Source: Candidatus Rokuibacteriota bacterium (GTDB lineage: Bacteria; Methylomirabilota; Methylomirabilia; Rokubacteriales; DASRDR01). From it: DNA of 15,011 nt. Each line of letters begins with the position of its first letter. The first letter of the stretch is position 1. The notes beneath the pieces were generated by a model that saw only the letters and a program-made list of their open reading frames with translations, did not search any database and had not been told where the DNA came from. The translations under genes and the position numbers were made by a program. Location: contig JBIOTN010000087.1 in NCBI GenBank assembly GCA_044866005.1, positions 1-15,011 on the forward strand, written 5' to 3'. Shown here one piece after another: positions 1-6,153 of this stretch.

Positions 1-55
1 TCCCCCCATGGGTTGCGGCGGCGAAAGCCGCCGCGCGAAGCGCTTCGGTCTGGGG
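1..55. repeat. 3' half of a structured intergenic repeat, cut by the window edge
   Basis: CCCCCC..GGTT followed by hairpin GCGGCGGC-GAAA-GCCGCCGC (15-34), palindrome CGAAGCGCTTCG (36-47) and possible closing stem CCCCA(4-8)/TGGGG(51-55). Same layout as 8248-8297. Confidence 0.65.
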
Positions 56-138
56 CGCCGCGTTTGGTGTGTCGGCCGCGCCGGTCATTTGTTCCGCCCC
101 GGGCCTGTCTCCCGCGCGGCGGGCGGCGTTGACGCACA

Positions 139-147
139 TGCTACGAT
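139..147 (+). promoter_or_regulatory. Extended -10 promoter (TG-C-TACGAT), probably giving a leaderless mRNA
   Basis: TGnTACGAT ends 7 nt before in-frame ATG 155. No Shine-Dalgarno sequence upstream. Confidence 0.55.
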
Positions 148-154
148 GCCCGTG

Positions 155-1267
155 ATGGGCGACCTGACTCCGGGTCACGCGACCGCCGAGGGAACCGCCG
201 CGTACCAGCGGCGCATGTCCGGCCGGGCGGCGCCGGGCCACTTCCGGCAGCACGAGGGCCGTGCGCTCTCGTCAATCGGGCTCGGCACCTACCTCGGCGA
301 GGAGGATCCCGCGACCGACGAGCTCTATCGCGCCGCGGTGCTCCGCGCGCTCCCGCTCGGGGTGAACGTCCTCGACAGCGCGATCAACTACCGTAGCCAG
401 CGCAGCGAGCGCGTCGTCGGCGAGGCGCTGCGCCTCGCGGTCGAGCGCGGGCTCGTCCGCCGCGATGAGGTGATGGTCGCGACCAAGGGCGGCTTCCTGC
501 CTTTCGATGGCGGGCGGCCCCGCGACCCTCGCGCGTACGTCGAGGACACTTACATCCGGCCGGGGCTCTTCGGCTGGGACGAGTTCGCTGCCGGCTGCCA
601 CTGCATGGCGCCGCGCTATCTCGCCGATCAGCTCGAGCGGAGCCGGCGCAACCTCGGCCTCGCCACCATCGACGTCTACTACGTCCACAACCCCGAGACG
701 CAGCTCGCCGAGGTCACGCGCGAGGAATTCACGCGCCGGATCCGGGCGGCCTTCGCCCTGCTCGAGGCGGCCTGCGCGGAAGGGAGGATCGCGGCCTACG
801 GGACCGCGACCTGGAACGGCTATCGCCAGTCCCCGGAGGCGGCCGACTACCTGTCGCTGGCGGATCTGCTTGCGCTGGCGCGCGAGGTCGGCGGCACCGG
901 CCATCACTTCCGCTTCGTGCAGCTCCCCTACAACCTGGCGATGCCCGAGGCCTTCACGGTCCCGAACCAGCGCCTGGACGGCCGGACGGGCTCCTTCCTC
1001 GAGGCGGCGCGGGCCGACGGCGTGTACGTCATGGCGTCGGCCTCGATCCTCCAGGGCCGTCTCGCCCGCAACCTCCCGGCGGCCCTCCGGGAACACCTCG
1101 GCGGGCTCGAGACCGACGCCCAGCGGGCGCTCCAGTTCGTCCGCTCGACGCCTGGCATCGGCACGGCGCTCGTCGGGATGAAGCGCGTCGCGCACGTCGA
1201 GGAAAACGCTCGCGTGGCCGAGGTCTCCCCCCTGGGGGAGGAGGCGCTGCGGAGCCTTTTCCGCTGA
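155..1267 (+). CDS. Aldo/keto reductase family oxidoreductase
   Basis: SSIGLGTY, D-S-A-I-N-Y, ATKGG and YYVHNPE supply the AKR Asp/Tyr/Lys/His tetrad; also QLPYN and LVGM..HVEEN. Start at 155 (or 146) rather than 8, whose extension is repeat-derived. Confidence 0.92.
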   Translation: MGDLTPGHATAEGTAAYQRRMSGRAAPGHFRQHEGRALSSIGLGTYLGEEDPATDELYRAAVLRALPLGVNVLDSAINYRSQRSERVVGEALRLAVERGLVRRDEVMVATKGGFLPFDGGRPRDPRAYVEDTYIRPGLFGWDEFAAGCHCMAPRYLADQLERSRRNLGLATIDVYYVHNPETQLAEVTREEFTRRIRAAFALLEAACAEGRIAAYGTATWNGYRQSPEAADYLSLADLLALAREVGGTGHHFRFVQLPYNLAMPEAFTVPNQRLDGRTGSFLEAARADGVYVMASASILQGRLARNLPAALREHLGGLETDAQRALQFVRSTPGIGTALVGMKRVAHVEENARVAEVSPLGEEALRSLFR

Positions 1268-1271
1268 GTCA

Positions 1272-1314
1272 CTTCGGATGGGGACCTCGACGGCCCCCTC
1301 CGACCCCCCGGGGA
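1272..1314. repeat. 5' half (hairpin 1 plus C-run) of the structured intergenic repeat
   Basis: TCGGA-T-GGGG-A-CC-TCGAC-GG-C-CCCC-TCCGA (1274-1303) followed by CCCCCC. Resembles CTTCGGGGGGGTCTCGGAAGACCCCCCGA..CCCCC at 8217-8253. Confidence 0.6.
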
Positions 1315-1330
1315 GAAGGAAAACAGAGTC

Positions 1331-2053
1331 GTGAAGCTGTGCGTGTTCGATGATGCCGAGGCGCTCGCGGCGGCCGCGGCGGCGCTGTGGGTCGATCGGC
1401 TGGCCACGCGGCCCGGCCTGGTCATGGCCGCGCCGGCGGGTCGGACGCCTCGCGCCACGTACCGGCGGCTCCGGGAGGAGGTCGCCCGTCGGGGTGTCTC
1501 CCTTGCGGGCTCCCGGGTCTTCGCAGTGGACGAGCTGTGCGGTCCGGCGCCCGCCGAGGGCTACTTCTGGCGTCAGGTGCACGCGGGGCTCCTGACCTGG
1601 GCCGGGATCCCCCGCGAGCAACTCTATCCGTTCGATCCGGGCGCCCCCGACCTCGAGGCGATGTGCGCGGACATCGAGCGGCGGATCGCGGCGCTGGGGG
1701 GGCTCGATCTCGTGCTCCTCGGGCTCGGACCGAACGGGCACCTCGCCTCGAACGAGCCCGGGTCGGCGTTCGACAGCCGGACCCGCCCGGTTCGGCTGCT
1801 CCCCGAGACCGTCGCCTACATTCTCACCGACGACGGCGCGGACCGCCGGGTCTCGGGGCTCTCGGTGACGCTGGGTCTCGGGACGATCGCGGAAGCGCGG
1901 GAGGTCGTGGTGCTGGTGAGTGGCGAGGCCAAGCGCGACATCCTCCGGCGGGCCCTGACGGGGCCGGTCAGCCCGGAGTGCCCGGCCTCGCTGCTCCAGG
2001 TGAGCCCGCAGGCGGTTGTCCTCGCCGACCGTGCCGCCGCGGGCGACCTCTGA
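1331..2053 (+). CDS. nagB: Glucosamine-6-phosphate deaminase/isomerase (NagB/6PGL family)
   Basis: APAGRTP (usually LPTGSTP), FAVDE, LLGLGPNGHLASNEPGS, TLGLGTI, VSGEAK, PASLLQ. GTG start after purine-rich GGAGAAGGA. Confidence 0.82.
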   Translation: MKLCVFDDAEALAAAAAALWVDRLATRPGLVMAAPAGRTPRATYRRLREEVARRGVSLAGSRVFAVDELCGPAPAEGYFWRQVHAGLLTWAGIPREQLYPFDPGAPDLEAMCADIERRIAALGGLDLVLLGLGPNGHLASNEPGSAFDSRTRPVRLLPETVAYILTDDGADRRVSGLSVTLGLGTIAEAREVVVLVSGEAKRDILRRALTGPVSPECPASLLQVSPQAVVLADRAAAGDL

Positions 2054-2098
2054 GCTGCCGCGCCGGGACGCCGCCGCGGCGGCCGGAGCCCGCGTGAG

Positions 2099-2152
2099 CG
2101 GGGGACGTCTGCCCCCGGCGCGGGGGAGGGACGGGGCGGAGGGGCCGCCCCG
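2099..2152. terminator. GC hairpins between convergent nagB and tatA; possible terminator or RNA-stabilising stems
   Basis: CGGGGG/CCCCCG (2099-2117) and CGGGGCGG/CCGCCCCG (2132-2152). No U-tract on either side. Confidence 0.3.
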
Positions 2153-2164
2153 GCCGCGGGACCT

Positions 2165-2332
2165 CTAGGTCCGCTTGCGCGCTTCGCCCGGCGCGTCCTC
2201 CGCCCGGGCCTTCTTGAACTCCGCGAGGCTCTTCCCCAGCCCGCGGGCCAGCTCCGGCAGCTTCTGCGCTCCGAAGAAGAGCATCACGATGACCAGGAGG
2301 ACGAGGAGCTCCTGGGAGCCGAGTCCGAGCAT
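2165..2332 (-). CDS. tatA: Twin-arginine translocase TatA/TatE subunit (55 aa, not in the ORF track)
   Basis: Manual translation: [55 protein letters not shown]. Has the TM helix, FG hinge and [14 protein letters not shown] amphipathic helix. RBS AAAAGGAGGG at 2337-2346. Confidence 0.95.
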   Translation of the reverse strand: MLGLGSQELLVLLVIVMLFFGAQKLPELARGLGKSLAEFKKARAEDAPGEARKRT

Positions 2333-2428
2333 CGAACCCTCCTTTTCGGGGCGCCGGCGCCGAGCGGGCGGGCGCCTGGCCCGCCTGCCGGCGTCGGGGC
2401 CGGCGTCTTGGCCGCCGAGGCGGCGCCG

Positions 2429-2857
2429 TCACTCTCCGATGATCTGGACGTTGATCTTCCGGATGCGGGGCCCGTCGAGCTCGGCGGCGATGAGGCTCTC
2501 GTACTGGCCGAGCGTCGGCTCACCCTCGTCGACCGCGAGCGCCACGCTGCGGCCGAGCAGCATCGACCGGAGGTGCGCGTGGGCGTTCCCGCGGTCACAG
2601 TCCGAGAAGCGGGGGTCGTCGTGCCGATAGCCCGCTCGCCGGGGCACCAGCCGCTGGAGGACTTCGCCGAGATCATGGATGAGTGCGGACTGAAACTCGT
2701 TGACGAAGAGCCCCAGCGTGGTGTGCAGCGAGCTGACGATCAGCACGCCCGTCCGGATCGCGGACCGGCCCACGGCGTCGCGTAGCCCCTTCGTGATGTC
2801 CACGAACTCCTGGGCGTGCTCGGTGTGGATGGTGATCGTGTCGCGAATCAGCTTCAT
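2429..2857 (-). CDS. yjbQ: YjbQ/UPF0047 family protein (secondary thiamine-phosphate synthase-like)
   Basis: FVDIT, LHTT.GL.VNE, Y.HDD, GNAHAHL, LGQY and ELDGPR motifs. Strong RBS GAAAGGAGG. Confidence 0.93.
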   Translation of the reverse strand: MKLIRDTITIHTEHAQEFVDITKGLRDAVGRSAIRTGVLIVSSLHTTLGLFVNEFQSALIHDLGEVLQRLVPRRAGYRHDDPRFSDCDRGNAHAHLRSMLLGRSVALAVDEGEPTLGQYESLIAAELDGPRIRKINVQIIGE

Positions 2858-3003
2858 CTAACCTCCTTTCCCTGGACGGCGAATGCGGTGGCCGGCTTCC
2901 CGGAGCCACGCCGGACGGCGGGCCTCGGGCGGGGCGCGCCTCCCCGCTCGGCCGCTTGACGGTCCCGGGCCGCCGGGGGCGACGCGGGATGCGGCGCGAT
3001 GGG

Positions 3004-3381
3004 TCAGCCGGGCGGGGGGCCCCGGGTCTGCCGGATGGAAACGGCGGCGGGCGCGAGCTCCGAGGCCGGGCCCGTCGCCGGGTGGGCGGTGCTGGCGAGC
3101 AATGGCACCGTCGGCGGGCCGCCCACGAGCGCCTGTTCCATGCGGGTGAGGGCGACGAGGAGATCGTCGGCGTCGTCGTAGAACCCCGCGACTCGCGAAG
3201 GGTCGGCGAGCGCCGCCGGCGTCAAGAGCCCGAGCATCACCACGCCGCCGAGCAACAGCAGGATGGCCAGGTCAGTCCGGTCGGCGCCGGGACTCCGCCG
3301 CGCGGCGCGACGCTCGGTCTCGCCGGCCAGCCCTCTGGCGGATGGCCTCCCCTCGGTTCGGGATGCGTCGTGCGGCTGCAT
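3004..3381 (-). CDS. Small membrane/secreted protein with C-terminal RGPP; candidate translation-arrest leader
   Basis: 125 aa: basic N-region, hydrophobic segment 38-59 ending in ALA, acidic FYDDADD, Pro/Ala linker, then ..SIRQTRGPPPG*. Has its own extended -10 just upstream. Confidence 0.7.
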   Translation of the reverse strand: MQPHDASRTEGRPSARGLAGETERRAARRSPGADRTDLAILLLLGGVVMLGLLTPAALADPSRVAGFYDDADDLLVALTRMEQALVGGPPTVPLLASTAHPATGPASELAPAAVSIRQTRGPPPG

Positions 3382-3392
3382 CCTGGCTCATG

Positions 3393-3401
3393 AGTCTACC
3401 A
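3393..3401 (-). promoter_or_regulatory. Extended -10 promoter (TG-G-TAGACT) for the RGPP ORF and possibly yjbQ-tatA
   Basis: Minus strand reads TGGTAGACT 11 nt before ATG 3381. The same TAGACT hexamer occurs at 4575-4580. Confidence 0.55.
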
Positions 3402-3445
3402 CCGCCGTCTGTCACGGTACACCGCGGGCCGCCGATCGGGCTCGC

Positions 3446-4531
3446 TCACGACCGCGGGCTTGTCCGGCGCGCCGCGACCTCGGCGAAGGTGACTGCCCGG
3501 GTGGGGTTCTCCGCCATCAGCATCCAGAGCTCCTTGTCGCTCAGGCCCTTCTTGCGCAGCCGCGGGCCGATGTGTCGGAGGATGTGGGTGAAGCCGTGGC
3601 CGCCGTAGCGGCGGAGCCGGACCTTGAAGCAGATGTCGTGGGCCATGAGGACCTGCCGGCCGTGACCCTGCTCCACGAGCCAGAGGATCTGCCGCATCCG
3701 CTCGGCATCGGACGGCAGCTCGAAGTCGCTCATCGGGTAGTGCGAGACCTCGAGCCCGAACAGGTCGTACTCGAGATAGCAGCCGGTGTCGGCGATGGCC
3801 CCGAGCCGCGCCGGATCGGCGACCGTGCGGTCGATGTGGCACATGATGACGCGTCGGAGGTCGAGACCCACGCGGCGCACTTCCGCCAGGTGCGCCTCCG
3901 GCGCCTCCGGGTGGCGGCCGGGATGGATCATGAGCGGAGCGCCCGTCTGCTTGGCCGCTTCCGCCGCCGCCCGCACCGACTTCCGCTCGTTCGCCGTCCA
4001 GGGCCAGGAGCAGCCGATCTCGCCGATGAGGCCGGCGCGGACGCCGGTGTCGCCGACCCCCTCGGTCACGTCGCGGACGATCTCGCGCGTGAGGGCGTCC
4101 TCGCTCCGCGCGTCCATGTCCGGCGGGTGCACCGCGCCCACGTAGTAGCCCGCGCCCATGACGACGTGGAGGCCGGTGGCGCGCGCGATCCGCTGGAGCG
4201 CGAGCGGGTCCCGGGCGAGCCCGACGTTGGTCGGATCGACGAGCGTCCGACCGCCTTCCCAGCGGTAGAGGAGGGCTTCCTCGATCGCGGTCGGCTCGTC
4301 CAGGAGCTCGAGGTTGTCGAGATTGCGCGTCCAGTCGTACAGGATCTCGTAATGGTTCTCGAGGCCGACCGGTTCGAGCCCGCGCCCGCGGCCGGCCGCG
4401 CCGTCGGGCTCGCGGTACATGAACCGGAAGTCGATGAGGAGGTGCTCGTGCGGCAGGGTGATGCCCAGCTCCTCGGCCGGGACGGGGCCGAGGACCGTCT
4501 GTGCCTTGCCGGTGAGGGGCGAGTCCGTCAT
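3446..4531 (-). CDS. Phosphotriesterase-family (PHP/PTE-related) amidohydrolase
   Basis: QTVLGPV..ELGITLPHEHL, VDPT..GLARDP, GLIGEIG, IHPG, CHIDR, YLEYDLFG, AHD, ENP. ATG 4531 with GGAGG RBS. Confidence 0.93.
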   Translation of the reverse strand: MTDSPLTGKAQTVLGPVPAEELGITLPHEHLLIDFRFMYREPDGAAGRGRGLEPVGLENHYEILYDWTRNLDNLELLDEPTAIEEALLYRWEGGRTLVDPTNVGLARDPLALQRIARATGLHVVMGAGYYVGAVHPPDMDARSEDALTREIVRDVTEGVGDTGVRAGLIGEIGCSWPWTANERKSVRAAAEAAKQTGAPLMIHPGRHPEAPEAHLAEVRRVGLDLRRVIMCHIDRTVADPARLGAIADTGCYLEYDLFGLEVSHYPMSDFELPSDAERMRQILWLVEQGHGRQVLMAHDICFKVRLRRYGGHGFTHILRHIGPRLRKKGLSDKELWMLMAENPTRAVTFAEVAARRTSPRS

Positions 4532-4574
4532 GGAAACCTCCTGGCCGGCGACCGATCGCGCCGCGTCACGACCG

Positions 4575-4604
4575 AGTCTACGGCGGCCCGCGGTCGGCGA
4601 GCAA
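4575..4604 (-). promoter_or_regulatory. Sigma70-type promoter for the phosphotriesterase gene
   Basis: Minus strand TTGCTC-N18-TAGACT. Confidence 0.5.
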
Positions 4605-4641
4605 CCCCGTCGCGCGGGGTCGCGGTGACGCCGTGCGGGGT

Positions 4642-4670
4642 TTGAAAATGCCATCTCACTGGAGTAGCTT
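4642..4670 (+). promoter_or_regulatory. Sigma70-type promoter for the NUDIX remnant-cupin-VOC-SDR-MFS operon
   Basis: TTGAAA-N17-TAGCTT in a locally AT-rich patch, divergent from the PTE promoter. Confidence 0.65.
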
Positions 4671-4730
4671 TGGGAGGCCGGCTCGCGCCCGCCAGCCCGG
4701 CGAGCGTGGCACCCCGGGCGCGGCGGCGGG

Positions 4731-4973
4731 GTGATCGTGGGAATCGAGCGCGACTGGTCCAAGGTCCAGGCGATCCGACCGAGCGTGGTCTGGCACTACG
4801 TGAGCCGCTGCTGCGCGTGTGCGGGGCGTGGCGGCACGCCGCGTCCCCGTCCCGGCGAGACGCTGGCGCTCGCCTGGTTCTCGCCCGACGCCCTGCCGGG
4901 CGACCAGGTGCCCCTCCGCCGCCGGCGGGTCCAGGACCCGCTCACCGGCGAGGCCGTGGCGTTCATCCGATGA
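4731..4973 (+). pseudogene. Probable NUDIX hydrolase remnant with an in-frame internal deletion
   Basis: N-terminus (IVGIERDWSKVQAIRPSV) is joined directly to a NUDIX-like C-terminus (WHYV..C..GG..ETLALAWFSPDALP..RVQD..AFIR). No GX5EX7REUXEEXGU box. Stop overlaps the cupin start (ATGA). Confidence 0.55.
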
Positions 4974-5371
4974 CCCGCGCGGTGCGACCGGCGGTGGTCC
5001 GCGAGGCCGACTGTCCCTGGCAGGAGTGGACGGACCCGACCGTGCAGGCGGAGAGCCCGATCCGCTGGAAGCTGCTGGTCGGCGGCGAGCGTACGCCCTC
5101 GCGGGCGCTCACCCTCGGCACGTGCGAGATCCCGCCCGGCGCGTCGCTTTTGCTCCATCACCACGCGCCGGGGGAAGTGTACTTCGTGACCGACGGCGAA
5201 GGCGTCTCGGAGGTCGACGGGGTCGTCACGCCCGTCGGGCCCGGGACGGCGCTCTACATCCCGCCGAACGCGCGGCACAGGACGCGGAACACCGGGAGCC
5301 GGCCGCTTCGCTTCCTGTGGGTCTTTCCGACCGACACGTTCGGCGAGATCGTCTATCACCACGACGAATAG
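4970..5371 (+). CDS. Cupin protein resembling DMSP lyases DddK/DddW
   Basis: 133 aa: QEW, RWK, LG..EIPPG..L.LHHHAPGEVY.VT.G.G, YIPPNARH...N.G, FLWVFPTD.F.EI.Y. Cupin metal ligands H63/H65/E69/H103. Confidence 0.85.
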   Translation: MTRAVRPAVVREADCPWQEWTDPTVQAESPIRWKLLVGGERTPSRALTLGTCEIPPGASLLLHHHAPGEVYFVTDGEGVSEVDGVVTPVGPGTALYIPPNARHRTRNTGSRPLRFLWVFPTDTFGEIVYHHDE

Positions 5372-5380
5372 GCCGACACC

Positions 5381-6139
5381 ATGATCAAGCGGCTCCACCA
5401 CCTCGGCATCGTCGTCCAGGACCTCGCCGTCGGGTTCGCGTTCTGGCGGGACACGCTCGGGCTGCCCGTCACCCGTGAGGCCGAGCTGCCGGAGCACGGC
5501 GTGCGGGCCGCCCTGCTCGCGTGCGGCTCGTGCGAGATCGAGCTGCTGCAGCCCATCGCGCCCGATGGGGGTGTCGCGCGCTTCCTCGCCAAGCGGGGCG
5601 AGGGCCTCCACCACATCTGCTTCCAGGCCGAGGACGTGGGGCGCGAGGTCAAGCGCTTCTGGGGCACGGGGGTGGAGATGATCGACGCGAAGCCCCGCAA
5701 GGGGCTCGCCGGCATGGTCGCGTTCGTCCACCCGCGAGCCTCCTCCGGCATCCTGGTCGAGCTCGCGACGCCCGCGCAGCCGGCCGCGCCCGTCGAATCG
5801 CCGCTCGCCCTGACCGTCGTCCACGCCATCGTCGAGAACGTGGAGGCCGCGACCCATCTCTATCGAGACCTGTTCGGCCTGCCCATCCGCATCTCGCACC
5901 CCGACTGGTCGGTGGCGCAGCTCGCCGTCGAGTCGGTGGCGCTCCAGCTCTCGTCGCTCGCCGCGACGTCCGGCCGGCCCGGGCTGTCCATGCTGCGCCT
6001 CATGACGCCGGACGTCGACGCGGTGGCCGCGCGGCTGACCGGGCGCTCCGTCCCGTTCCGGCAGGACGGGGTGGGCCTCGTGCTCGGCCCCGGGGCGACC
6101 CACGGCGTTCCCTTGATCGTTCACAAGCCGCAGGGCTGA
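5381..6139 (+). CDS. VOC-family protein: methylmalonyl-CoA epimerase-like N-domain plus a degenerate second VOC domain
   Basis: HHLGIVV, EIELLQP, FLAKRGEGLHHICF, PRKG..G.VAFVHP..SGILVEL. The C-half has VENVEAA..YRDLFGL and DVDAVAARL VOC patterns. Confidence 0.82.
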   Translation: MIKRLHHLGIVVQDLAVGFAFWRDTLGLPVTREAELPEHGVRAALLACGSCEIELLQPIAPDGGVARFLAKRGEGLHHICFQAEDVGREVKRFWGTGVEMIDAKPRKGLAGMVAFVHPRASSGILVELATPAQPAAPVESPLALTVVHAIVENVEAATHLYRDLFGLPIRISHPDWSVAQLAVESVALQLSSLAATSGRPGLSMLRLMTPDVDAVAARLTGRSVPFRQDGVGLVLGPGATHGVPLIVHKPQG

Positions 6140-6153
6140 CAGGAGGATCGCGC

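Noticed and set aside
129..134. TTGACG as the -35 box of the AKR promoter
   Set aside because: Only 7 nt from the TACGAT -10 box, which is incompatible spacing.
8..154. N-terminal extensions in the ORF track (8, 4762, 4670, 5521, 6695, 10741)
   Set aside because: They run through repeats, promoters or neighbouring genes. Internal starts have RBS or promoter support and match family N-termini.
272..1741. Long antisense and alternate-frame ORFs (also 3263-4645, 4796-6124, 6121-7044, 7009-8499, 7962-10082, 8246-10069)
   Set aside because: Arg/Pro/Gly-rich shadow frames overlapping well-supported genes; stop codons are rare at this GC content.
2858..3003. TPP or other known riboswitch ahead of yjbQ
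   Set aside because: No CUGAGA or other recognisable aptamer consensus; only generic GC hairpins.
3290..3320. TERRAARR as a bona fide Tat signal motif
   Set aside because: It lacks the RRxFLK hydrophobic residues and lies well before the H-region; kept only as a weak hint.
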